The notes beneath the pieces are model-generated. The model made no database searches, was not told where the DNA came from, and saw only the letters and a program-made list of their open reading frames with translations. The translations under genes were made by a program, and so were the position numbers. From NCBI GenBank assembly GCA_026770705.1, contig JANJGN010000017.1, positions 90,148,001-90,212,000 on the forward strand: a stretch of DNA of 64,000 nucleotides. Direction: 5' to 3'. Origin of the DNA: Isurus oxyrinchus. Its lineage: Eukaryota. Shown here piece by piece: positions 49,942 to 61,759 of the stretch (position 1 is its first letter; each line of letters opens with the position of its first letter).

Positions 49942-52752
49942 TGTGCTAAGGAACGCAAGCTCCAACAACTTTATTATACCAATGCCCATCCAGGATTCTC
50001 CACCCCTTCCCGTCCCTCTGACCCCATCCCATCTTCTAATCCCAGCCCCGGCCATGTATTCACCATACCCTCTGACCTTCCCCTCTCCGACGCTGAATGT
50101 TCAGTGCACAGCAAAGGGCTCAGTTTCATGCCCTTACGCCCTCATCTCAATGAATTTCGGACTCGGCACGATGCTGAACTCTTCCTCCATCACCTTCGTC
50201 TCCGTGCTCACTTCTTTGGGCAGGATCCTTTCACCTGCCTCCAGTATTCTCCCTCCACCTGGATCCCTCCCTCCGGACTCTTACCTGCTCTTGATCTTTT
50301 CGTTGAGAACTGTCAGCATGACATTGACCGGTCTCAATTTCTCTACTCCTCTCAACCACTCTAAACTATCTCCTTCTGAACTTGCCGCACTCCATTCTCT
50401 CAGGTCCAACCCTGACATTGTCATCAAACCCGCTGACCAGGGTGGTGCTGTTGTTGTCTGGCGCACTGACCTCTACCTCGCGGAGGCTGAGCATCAACTC
50501 ACAGACACTTCCTCCTACCTCCCCCTGGACCATGACCCCACCACTGAACATCAAGCCATTGTTTCCAGGACTGTCACTGACCTCATCTCCTCTGGAGATC
50601 TTCCCTCCACAGCTTCCAACCTCATAGTCTTCCAACCACGGATAGCCCGCTTCTACCTCCTACCCAAAATCCACAAACAGGACTGTCCCGGTAGACTGAT
50701 CGTGTCAGCCTGTTCCTGCCCTATGGAACTCATTTCTTCTTACCTTGACTCCGTTCTCTTTCTCCTTGTCCAGTCCCTTCCTACCTACATTTGCAATTCC
50801 TCAGATACCCTGCATCATATCAACAATTTCCAGTTCCCTGGCCCTAACCACTTCCTCTTCACCATGGACCTCCAATCCTTCTACACCCGGGATGGTCTGA
50901 GGGCTCTCTGCTCCTTCCTTGAACAGAGGCCCGAACAGTCGCCATCCACCACCACTCTCCTTTGCCTGGCTGAACTTGTTCTCTTACTGAACAATTTCTC
51001 CTTAAACCTGTCTCACTTCCTCCAAATAAAAGGTGTGGTTATGGGTACTTCATGGGCCCCAGTTATGCCTGTCTCTTTATGGGGTATGTGGAACACTCCT
51101 TGTTCCAGTCCTACTCAGGCCTCTCCCACCATTCCTTTTTCGGTACCATTTCATGCTCTCATCTGCACCTGGAAAAGTTTATCAGTTTGGCTTCCAATTT
51201 CCACCCTTCAGTCACCTTCACATGGTCCATCTCTGACACTTCCCTTCCCTTCCTTGACCCTCCTGTCTCAATTTCTGGTGATAGACTGTTCACCAATACC
51301 CATTACAAGCCTACCGACTCCCACAGCTCCTCACACCCCACTTCCTGTAAGGATTCCATCCCATCCTCCCAGTTCCTTCGCCTCCAACGCATCTGTTCCG
51401 ATGATGCCACTTTCCAAAACAGCTCCTCTGACATGTCTTCCTTCTTCCTTAACCAAGATTTTCCACCCACGGTGGTTGACAGGGCCCTCAACCGTGTCCG
51501 GCCCATCTCCCATACCACTGCCCTCAAACCTTCCTCTCCCTTCCATGATAGGGTCCTCCTTGTCCTCACTTTTAACCCCACCAGCCTCCGAATTCAAAGG
51601 ATCATCCTCTGCCATTTCCGCCAACTCCAGCATGATGCCACCACCAAACACATCTTTCCTTCACCCCCCTGGTAGCATTCTGCAGGGATCGTTCCCTCCA
51701 GGACACCCTGGTCCACTCCTCCATCACCCCCTTCACCTCAACCCCCTCCCACAGCACCTTCCGATGCAACCGCAGAAGGTGCAACACCTGCCCCTTTACT
51801 TCCCCCTCCTCACCGTCCAAGGACTCAAACACTGCTTTTAGGTGAAGCAGCAGTTCACTTGCACCTCCTTCAATGTGCATTCGCTGCTTCCAATGTGGTC
51901 TCCTCTACACTGAAGAGGCCAAACACAAATTGGGTGACTGCTTTGCGGAACAGCTTCGATCTGTCTGCAAGCATGACCCAGACCTCCCTGTCACTTGCCA
52001 TTTCAACACTCCACCCTGCTCTCATGCCCACATGTCCATCCTTGGCCTGCTGCATTGTTCCAGTGAAGCCCAACGCAAACTGGAGGAACAGCACCTCATC
52101 TTCTGACTAGGCACTTTACAGCCTTCCGGACTGAATCTTGAGTTCAACAACTTTAGGTCATGAACTCTCTCCTCCATCCCCACCCCTTTTCCCAATATTC
52201 ATTTTTATTTTTAAAAATTATTTATTCCTTAGCCACTTATTTTTATTTATTTTCATTTTTATTAATTTATTCATTGTTTTATCCCCACCTTTTATTCTAA
52301 TTTCAATCTTTTTTCCCCTTTACCATCCCGTCAACTCACCCCTACAAGGCCATCTGTCACTTGTTCCGTGTTATTCTTTCCAGAGTGCTTACCCTTTCCT
52401 GCTATTATCACATTCTGCTTTTTTACCTTAATGCTACTATCAGCACCTTCTTTAGCCCTTACCACCACCATTAACACCCCCTTTGTTCTTTTGTCCAAGA
52501 CATCTTTGTCAATCTCTCCTTTGCCCCCACCTATCGCTGGCCTTCTATCCAGCTTCACCTGCCTCACCCCCACCCCTTTAAACAGTATAAATGTCATCAC
52601 ATTTTTACTTCTCTTTAGCTCTGAAGAAGAGTCATACGGACTTGAAATGTTAACTCTGCTTTTCTCTCTCCACAGGTGCTGTAGACCTGCTGAGTTTTTC
52701 CAGCATTTTCTGTGTTTCTTTCAGGTTTCCAGCATCCGCAGTATTTGGCTGT
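49942..52752 (+). mobile_element. Penelope-like retroelement (RT + GIY-YIG endonuclease, Neptune-type Cys linker), 5'-truncated and disabled, with 3' pLTR
   Basis: IVIKPADQGG, FYLLPKIHK, MGPSYACLFMG, CNRRRCNTC, CIRCFQCGLLYTEE; frameshifts; catalytic (Y)IDD segment deleted near 51145; TSD tagcaacttat at 49931-49941 and 52753-52763. Confidence 0.93.
52617..52655 (+). ncRNA. Hammerhead ribozyme motif in the pLTR (canonical CUGAAGA core, decayed stems)
   Basis: CTGAAGA-a-gagtc-atacg-gactt-GAAA-tgTT-aact. Confidence 0.7.
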
Positions 52753-52763
52753 TAGCAACTTAT

Positions 52764-53580
52764 ATTTATATAGTTAACGTAATTAAATATCTCAAGGCAC
52801 TTCACAGGAGCATTATAAAACAAATTATGACACCAAGCCATATAAGGGGATATTAGGTCAAAAGCTTGGCTAAGGAGCTAGGTCTTAAAGGAAACAAGCA
52901 ACATAGAAAGACGGAGAGGCATAGGAAGGCTATTCCAGAGCCTGAAGGCAGGAATGCCAATGGAGTGACTCAAATTGGGAATGCACTAGAGACCAGAATT
53001 AGAGGAGCACAGAGGTCTTGAAGGACTACAGGGCTGGAGGAGGTTATAGAGAAAAGGAGCGGTGAGATTGTGGAGGGATTTGAGAACAAGGATGAGAAAT
53101 TTAAAATCAAGACATTGCTTGACCAGGAGCCAATGTGGGTCAGCAAGCACAGGGGTGACAGGGGAACAGGACTTGCTGCGAGTTAAGACATGGGCAGCAG
53201 AGTTTTGGATGACCTCATGGGTAGAATATGGGAGGCCAGCCAGGAGTGCATTGGAATAGTTGAGTTTAGAGGCAACGAAAGCATGAATGAAGGTTTCGGC
53301 AGCCAATGAGCTGAGACAAGGGTGAGGTCGGGTGATATTACAGAGGCATAAAAAGGCGGTCTTCGTGCTGGCACAAAATGAGGTCCGCAAGCTCATCTTG
53401 GGATCAAGTGTTACAGCAAAGTTGTGAACAAACTGACTTGACCTCAGATTGTTCTCAGGGGAGAGGGTTGGAATCAATAGCTCAGGCATGTTGATTGGAG
53501 TGGGACCAAAAACAATGGCTTCAATCTTCCCAATATTTAACAAGAGGACGTTTCTGCTTGTCCAATACTGGATGTTGGGT
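52764..53580 (-). mobile_element. L2 LINE 3' portion
   Basis: ORF 52986-53543: LNIGKIEAIVFG...IHAFVASKLNYSNALL...TPVLADPHWL. Confidence 0.9.
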
Positions 53581-53916
53581 AGTACTGGATGGCGTCACAT
53601 TGCACTTGTGGGATCTTGCTGTGCACAAACTGGCTGACATCTTGCCCATGTTACAACTGTGACAACACTTTGAAAATAATTCATTAGCTGTGAAACTTTG
53701 GCACATCTTGAAATGTGAGAATTGCTGGAGAACTCAAATCTTTTTATTCTTCAGCAAGGCACTGTCAACATTTAAAAATGAACGTGGTAAATTTATATGA
53801 GGGGCGTTGAACATTAATCTATTAATCTCATCATACAATAACTTTGAGGCAAAGTTGACAACATATGTCAGAAAAATGTAGAAAACAGCCACCTCACAAT
53901 CTGATTCAGACACCTA

Positions 53917-55484
53917 GGGGCTGGATTTTCCCACTGGAGACAGAAAACATGAGTAGGGATAAAAACAAAAAAACTGCGGATGCTGGAAATCCAAAACAAA
54001 AACAAAAACAGAATTACCTGGAAAAACTCAGCAGGTCTGGCAGCATCGGTGGAGAAGAAAAGCGTTGACGTTTCGAGTCCTCATGACCCTTCGACAGAAG
54101 GGTCATGAGGACTCGAAACGTCAACGCTTTTCTTCTCCGCCGATGCTGCCAGACCTGCTGAGTTTTTCCAGGTAATTCTGTTTTTGTTTTTGTTTAACAT
54201 GAGTAGGGTCCATTTCTGTGTCAGAAACCTGCCTCGGTTGGGAGCCCGAATGAGTTTCGGATTTTCCTAGGATTGAATCTTCCAGGGTTTCCTGTACCAC
54301 TAAAGCCACTGGGGCAGGAACGGAGACAGGTTTCAGACACCCACGGAAGTCAACACTAAAAGGCTGCTGCTTGTCCAAGGGGAGAGAAAGCTTGTGCCCA
54401 AGTCTGCCACTGCACCACAGGGATTCAACATGGCATAGGAGAGCCAGAAAGCTGGCACTCAAGAGGGAGAGGAGTGAGGTCATCTTCCCAAAGGGTGGCA
54501 GGAGGAGGTCACTTTATCGTGCTTCTCTCTTCAGTGTCATCTTCCTCTGCCTGAGGGTATTACAGGGCACCACCTGACCACTCCAGGCTTCAGAACCAAT
54601 CTCCTCTCTGAGCTTACGATGCCCCATCAGAAGTGATTTTGATATGTTGTCTAGCATTGGTTAAAGAGGACATCTGTCATCTGGGTGATACACTGTGTCT
54701 AATCGCCTGTGGGTTGCCAGAGTTCCACACTGATGAGGACACAAATATTCGTGACCATCGGCGGAGAGAGTTACAGTCTTCTTCATTACTGGTTGTCAGC
54801 CATCTCCAGGTACTTTCACCTCCACCCGTAGATACTGTGCTCAGGGTATTGTCTCCTTTATGCTCCCTCAGCTCTCTCCTCTGGCCTCCTGATGCCCAGC
54901 GCTCTGCCCTTCCCATGCTGACTGCTGCCCATCATCTCCACTGGCCTCAGTTTCTGAGGGTGCAGCCCCCCATTTCCAGCTGCAGCGTCCTGATGTTCAG
55001 CTGGAGCCCAAAGAGCTGTGATGCCCAGGCAAATGCTAGGTGATGGGAGAAGAGTGAAGACCCCTCGAATTGGCAAAGTCTTCACTCTGGTTCCTCACCT
55101 GACCTGTAATGTAACTTGAACAACAAAAGGGTAAGTCCTTTATACTTTAAAAAGTATTTTTACTTAACTTTTAAAACTCTTCCCATCTTCATGACACATC
55201 CGCAGTTCCATCCACCCGGTGTGACCCCAGACAGTGGCTGAACTCCATCCTCCTCTTCGAAAGTTCTAAAATTTTATGGAAACAGGCTTTGAATGAGGCC
55301 ACAACTATCTCCATGGAAGATTTAACAGGAGCAAGCCTCTTCCAAGGCCTGTTCCTTTCCCTGTCCTCAGGAATATAACGGAGGGCAGAAACTGAAGAGG
55401 GACCTGTGCACGCGTGATGTTGCAGCCTTTATTTTACTGACCCACCTCCGTTCCCACACATCCAAGGCCAGGAAAATCCAGCTA
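53917..55484. mobile_element. Non-autonomous Harbinger-type element
   Basis: TIRs gggctggattttcc (53918) and ggaaaatccagc (55471-55482). Confidence 0.65.
53959..54195. mobile_element. Second fold-back mini-PLE: 99-bp arms (1 mismatch), 4-nt loop, 13-bp TSD
   Basis: Arms 53994-54092 and 54097-54195; TSD aacatgagtaggg at 53946-53958 and 54196-54208. Confidence 0.95.
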
Positions 55485-55677
55485 TGGTAGCCTAGAAGTT
55501 AGAGCAGGTAGGTCATAAATTCAAGTCTCATTGTGGAAATTAACTTCAACAAATCTGGTAATTTATGGGCTGGTCAGGTAAAGTGGCCATGAAGTTTCTA
55601 GATTATCATAAAAAGCCAACTGATTCATTGATGCCCTCGCAGAGCCAAGCTGCCACTCCAGGTTGGGGTCCGGGACT

Positions 55678-55803
55678 TTTTCTTTATTCATGGGCTGTGG
55701 GCTTCGCTGGCTGGGCCAGCATTTATTGCCCATCCCTAGTTGCCCTTGAAAAAGTGGTGGTGAGCTGCCTTATTGAACCGCTGCAGTCCATGTGGTGCAG
55801 GTA
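55678..55803 (-). mobile_element. CR1/L2-group LINE tail, followed by an L2 3' remnant (+, ~55810-56090)
   Basis: Reverse complement of 47180-47300. Confidence 0.75.
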
Positions 55804-57959
55804 CGCCCAAAGCACAAACCTATGTCTACTTCCTTATCTACTCTATGCTAATCCTGATTTCCATCACTCTATCCTTGGCATCCATTCAGCTGCTGAGGCC
55901 CTAAGCTCTTGAATCCCCGACCTTAAGCTCTCCAACTCTCTCTCCTCCCTTTAAATCTCTTTGACCAATGTTTTGGCCGCCTGGTTTAATACCTCCTTAT
56001 GTGGCTCAGTGGTTGATTTATGGTCCTGTGAAGAGCCTTAGGATGTTTTGACTTTGTTGAAGGAGCTCGATAATGCAAGTTGTTTTTTGTTGACTATTAA
56101 CAACCTCAGGACAACTAGGGAGGGCAATAAATGCTGCCTTGAGCTGTTGCCCACATCCAAAAACAAATCTAAAGGAGGTCAAAGTATTGTATCACCGCCT
56201 GTGGCATTGTCCAAAGCTCATGAGGAGAACATTGCCTTATCGTTAACCCTGTACATATTCTTGCTCAATATTTGAATGGATATTATGCACTGAAACCGCA
56301 CACTGGTCTGCTCTTCTATATTGAAAGGTTACCATGGATTAACAGTGTTCTATAATTTTGCTCATTTATCAATTGCATATTGAGACACATTTTGCAGATT
56401 CACCCTAAGCCTTTTCTGAGGGGTTTTCATTAAACATGGAGCCCACGAGTCTCTTGTACCCGAAGGACCCTAGGCGCTTTATTGGAGATATTACAGCTTT
56501 ACATTGCAATCATTAAATCTGACAAATGATTTACTGAAGAAACCAATAAAAGCAGTTCATTTACTCCCTGCCGAAAAGGCCAAATTCACTCAGGAAAACA
56601 TTTTTTTAGTTAAAAAGCTCTTTCATGTGTTGTTTTCTTTGGGGTTGGTTTAACGTTATTTTCTTTCTACTACAAGAGCCTCTGTTTCTCCACATGACTT
56701 TACAGATAGTGCTTGGCCTATGTGAACTCCCGAACGTTTCTCACCACCTGATGGGCAGAAATCTCAAAGTGTTCATTGGCCCTGGATCTTTTTTACCGTT
56801 TCTTTTTCTGCTTGAGTTCCCCAGCAGTTAGTATTTACATCACCAGAGGAGTCCAGTGATAAAGGAACAGCCTGCATTTCTTATATAACACCTTTCACAA
56901 CCTCAGGGCATTCCAAACTGCAGGACACTGGGGAGAACACCCCCAGCCCCCGCCCCACCCCTGTTTTGATCCTGGACCAGCCCCCCAAGTTTTTGGAACG
57001 ATCCAGTTAGGGCCAATATTTAAAGGCCCAGATTATCATCCCGAGATTGGGTTTGGGAGATTTCCCAGCTCGGCGAATCCAACCTTTAGAATTATCTGCC
57101 CGCAGGTAGGATTTTTGATCGGGGGGGGTGTGGATGGAGTGGTGGGCTGAAGGCGACCCTAGAGCTAATCTGCAGGTTGCCGGGTGCAAAGGTGGCCTGG
57201 ACACTAGGCCTGCCTCTGTGAAATCAATAGGCAAACAGTGGTCAAACACACCACACTGTACAATAAATAGCAGGTGCAACCAAGACAGATTCCACGGATT
57301 TCTCAATAACCCACCCAGACTTCAGTAACACCGAGAGTCAACCAATCTCATTGAAACTCTGTTTCTCTCACGAGGGATTCCAGTCTTCACCTTCAAAGAT
57401 CTTGTCTTGGAATCCTCTTCAAATGTTGCTCCAACTTGGACTGTGTCAATGATGGTCCACCTCGCAGGGCTTCAATCTCATCTCCCAAGATTCTGTTCCC
57501 AGGATTCCCGAGTCTGCATTCCAGCACCAACTCACAAGCGCAGCTTCAACTCTTTAGCCAAACCGAGTAAAATCCTGCTGCTCCAAAGGATTACCTTTGC
57601 TCAACAGACTGCAACATTAAACCTCTGCTGCCTTCTCTGATTCCCAGACTTCTCCCGAGACCACCTCACTTAAAGCCTGCTAACCTCAGCCCTTTTTCTG
57701 CTTGGAGCCTCTTTCTCTGCTCCTCTTCTTAACTGAGACCTCTCCCTGTCCCCTCTACCATTGGGACATCTCCCTGTTCCCTAGCTCTCCCTTGACCTTT
57801 GACTGAGACACTGCTCAACTATGGTGCTCCACTCCTGGCCACGTTACCTGGGTTTTTATTGTGCACAGGCGCACCAGGCCCATGCTCACCAAAGTTAAGT
57901 TGGATCTCATCACAGCCTCTTCTTCCAATAGTGACCATGGGATGTCAATAGTGACCGTG

Positions 57960-58420
57960 AGTGTCAGCCCCGACTCAGTAATCTGGTCTCTCAGTCACAG
58001 GGTTCCGGGTTCAAGTCCCATTCCAAGGTTTGAGCACAGAAAATCAAGGCTGACCCTCCAGTGCAGTACTGAGAGGGCATTGCCCTGTTGGAGGTGCTGT
58101 CTTTCGGATGAGATACTAAACTGAAGCCCCATCTGTCTGCCCAGGTGGATGTAAAAGATCCCTTGGCATAATTTTGAAGAAGAACAGGCGAGTTCTCCAT
58201 GGTGTCCTGGTCAATACTTATTCCTCAATCAACATCACAAAAACAGATTACCTGGTCATTATCATTTTGCCGTTTGTGGGAGCTTGCTGTGTGCAAACTG
58301 GCTGTTGTGTTTCATCCATTAAAACAGTGACTACACTTCAAAAGCAGTTCAGTGACCGTAAACAATTAGAGATATGCTGCGGTTGTGCAAGATGCAGCAG
58401 ACGTACAAGTTCTTTCTTTC
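57960..58420 (+). mobile_element. DeuSINE
   Basis: B box ggttcaagtccc; Deu body caggtggatgtaaaagatccc... Confidence 0.8.
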
Positions 58421-58849
58421 TAAATATAACTTGGGACCTTGTGTTAAAGGTAAGCGCTGTGGATCTATCTCAATGCTGCATGGGTTGCTTATGGTATTTC
58501 TGATAAACCTCACTTATATATCATCTTGTGGGAGGAATGATTTCAGTGACGTGTCTTTCCAAATTACAGATTATTTGTTCTACTGTCGTCCTGCCATTGA
58601 AATTATTGGTGTTGTACAGTAATTTGTGACTGACTGTGCTGCAGCAAAAGAACGATCATATCTGACTTGGGTTGCTAAGCTCCAACAAAAAGTGTGTTAA
58701 CAACAAAGCTGCTGCACTTAAAGTAGATACATACAATTATTTCAGAAATGATCTTGTGACTTCTGGTCATGAAATGCTGTGGATTGCCCGTGACCAATCG
58801 GGCATCAAAGTTACACGAGGCCACGCAAAAGAGCAAGAGCTGACATGCG

Positions 58850-59830
58850 AACATACAATTTAAGAGCAGGAGTAGGCCATTCAGCCCTTCGCGCCTGCTC
58901 CATCATTCAGTAAGACTATGATGGTGATCATGACCTGGTTGTGGCCTTGACGCCACATTCTGCCTACCCATGATAACATTTGACTCCCTTGTTAGTCATC
59001 TACCTCTGGTTTAAAATATTCAGTGACCCAGACTCCACTGCTCTCCAGGGAAAAGAGTTCCAAAGACTCACAGCCCTGAGAGGAAAAAATGCTTCCATCT
59101 CCATCTTAAATAGGAGATCCCTTATTTTTAAAATAAGTCCCCTAGTTCTGGTCTCTCCCACAAGGGAAAACATCCTTTCAGCATCCTTCCTGTCAAATCC
59201 TGTCAAGTGTACGTTTCTATAAGATCACACCTCATTCTTCTAAACTCCGGTGGATGTGAGCCCAGCTTATCCAACTTTTCCTCATAAGATAATACCCCCA
59301 TCCCAGGTATCAGTCGTGTGAACCTTCTCTGAGCTGCTTCTAACGCATTTATATCCTTTCTCAAATAAGGAGACCAAAACTGTACGCAGTACTACAGTAC
59401 CTCATCAATGCCTTGTACAACTGTATCAAAACATCTCCACTTTTATATTCCATTCCACTTGCAATTAAAGGTAACACGGTTTCTTCACTGTCAGTGAGTT
59501 AAAATCCTGGAACTTCGTCTCAAACAGCGCTGTGGGTGTACCTATACCACATGTACTGCAATTGTTCAAGAAGACAGCTCACCACCACCTTCTCAATGGC
59601 AATTAGGGATGGGCAATAAATGCTGGCCCAGCCAGCAACACCCATGACCTGTGAAAAAACATTTAAAAAAAATTTCCATTTACCTTCCTAATCACTTGTT
59701 GTACCCGCATACTGATTTTCTGTACCTCAGAGTTCTTTAATCCTCCATCTACCAAATCTTTGCCCACTCACTTAACCTGTCTACGCCCCTTTGCAGACTC
59801 CTTATGTCCTCTTCACAACTTACTTTCCAA
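58850..59830 (-). mobile_element. CR1 3' portion with a nested LINE tail (+, 59475-59672)
   Basis: ORF 59000-59206 RMFSLVGETRTRG...FFPLRAVSLWNS; reverse-complement CR1 tail at 58850-58920. Confidence 0.88.
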
Positions 59831-60078
59831 CTTATCTTTGTATCATATCTTCATGACTTCTGACCCGCAGTCCTAACGCACAAACTGAAGCCTTCATAAG
59901 GAAAGGAAACCATTCACTTAATATAGAAGATGAAAGGAGAAAGAGGGAAGAGGATGAGGAGTTAGGGTTAGTGTTCATTTTGTGGTTAGTGGTTAGCTTG
60001 AGTGTTAGGGTTGAAGTTTGGGCAGCAAGTTGGATTACTTTCTTGTGTTTGTCCTCTCACCGATCTTCATTTACATAG

Positions 60079-61126
60079 ATAAAATCAAAAAACTGCGGAT
60101 TCTGGAAATCTAAAACAAATATAAAAATACCTGGAAAAACTCAGCAGGTCTGGCAGCATCTGCAGAGAGGGGCACAGTTAACGTTTTGAGTCTGAATGAC
60201 TCTTCAACAGAACTAAGTAAAAATAGAATAGAGGTGAAATATAAGCTGGTTTAAGGGGTGGGGGGACAGGTAGAACTGGATAGAGGGCCAGTGATAGGTG
60301 GAAATTGCTGAAAGGTGTCATAGACAAAAGGACAAAGAGGTGTTGAAGGTGGTGATATTATCTATGGAATGTGCTAATTAAAGGTAGAAAGCAGGCAAGC
60401 AAGGGACAGATAGCCCTAGTGGGGGTGGGGTGGGTCCGCAAGCATTACCCAGACCTCCCTGTTGCTTGCCATTTCAACATTCCACCCTGCTTTTATGCCC
60501 ACATGTCTGTCCTTGGCCTGCTGCATTGTTCCAGTGAAGCTCAACGCAAACTGGAGGAACAGCACCTCATTTTCCGACTAGGCACTTTACAGCCTTCTGG
60601 ACTGAATATTGAGTTCAACAGTTTTAGATCATGAACTCTCTCCTCCATCCCTACCCCCTTTCCAATCCCCTCCACTTTTTTTCCAATAATTTATATACAT
60701 TTTTCTTTTCCCACCTATTTCCATTATTTTTAAATGTATTTCCATCCTTTTAGCCTATTTCGATCCCTTCCCTTCACCCCACCCCAGCCCACCCCACCCC
60801 CACTAGGGCTATTTGTCCCTTGCTTGTCCTGCTTTCTACCCTTAATTAGCACATTCCTTAGCTAATATCACCACCTTCAACACCTCTTTGTCCTTTTGTC
60901 TGTGACATCTTTTGGTTATCTCCACCGATCACTGGCCCTCTATCCAGCTCTCCCTGTCCCACCCCACCTCCCACCCTTAAACCAGCTTATATCTCACCTC
61001 TTTTCTATTTTTCCTTAGTTCTGTTGAAGAGTCATACGGACTCGAAACGTTAACTGTGTTCCTCTCCGCAGATGCTGCCAGACCTGCTGAGTTTTTCCAG
61101 GTATTTTTATTTTTGTTTTTTTTTAA
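60079..61126. mobile_element. PLE with inverted pLTRs around a GIY-YIG 3' fragment, 13-bp TSD, hammerhead motifs in both arms
   Basis: Inverted arms ~60120-60433 and ~60790-61115; ORF tail LPVACHFN...RKLEEQHLIFRLGTLQPSGLN; TSD ttcatttacatag at 60066-60078 and 61127-61139; motif CTGTTGA-a-gagtc-atacg-gactc-GAAA-cgTT at 61021. Confidence 0.92.
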
Positions 61127-61759
61127 TTCATTTACATAGCACCATTTGCAACCGGGGAATGTCCCAAAACGTTTCACAACAATAAGAGACTTCATACTAT
61201 AGGAAAACAGAGGGCATTAAAAGTGACATCAAGAACAATTACCTCATAACCCTGGGATGAGACTGCAAGCTCAGTATCATTCTGCCATTCAAGGGAATCA
61301 AAGGATGCAGATCGCCTCCAAGGTTGTGCTGGACTTACACAGTTGATTTCACAGCCAAAGAGGAATATTCCGGGAATAAGAAAACTGGCCTTCACCCGGA
61401 TCCAAGGAGACACACTGGGATTTGCAACAAAGTTGAGGCAGCTGTAGGAAGCTATTGACAAAGTTGGAATATTACTTTACTGATGTGGACTTTCTAGTGA
61501 AGTCAGAAATGAAGGGCAGAGAAAAGCTCCGCAAAATGAACTGACGGCTCCTCTCAAGCTTTGGGTCAATAACTTATATATTTCTGTAGAAGAAAAGGGT
61601 TATTGATGGTCACAGATTCTCTAAGATCACCCAGCTCTGCAAGGGCAGATTGTGGATAAAGTAGTCTTTAAATTTCAGAGGGCCTTGCCGGCTTGCTATT
61701 GTTAAATAGCAGCATTTGCTTCATGTCATCCTTCCAAAAGATGATGATCATGCAGCAAA

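Noticed and set aside
49943-51841. 632-aa ORF as an intact gene
   Set aside because: Only the middle is in the PLE RT frame; frameshifts and deletion of the catalytic DD motif; stop-poor because the strand is C-rich
52104-52110. In-frame TGA in the PLE endonuclease as selenocysteine or readthrough
   Set aside because: The paralogous copy near 60575 has CGA, so this is simple CpG decay
59961-60022. Degenerate TTAGGG tract as a telomere-fusion relic
   Set aside because: Very short and decayed, with no head-to-head arrangement; treated as low complexity
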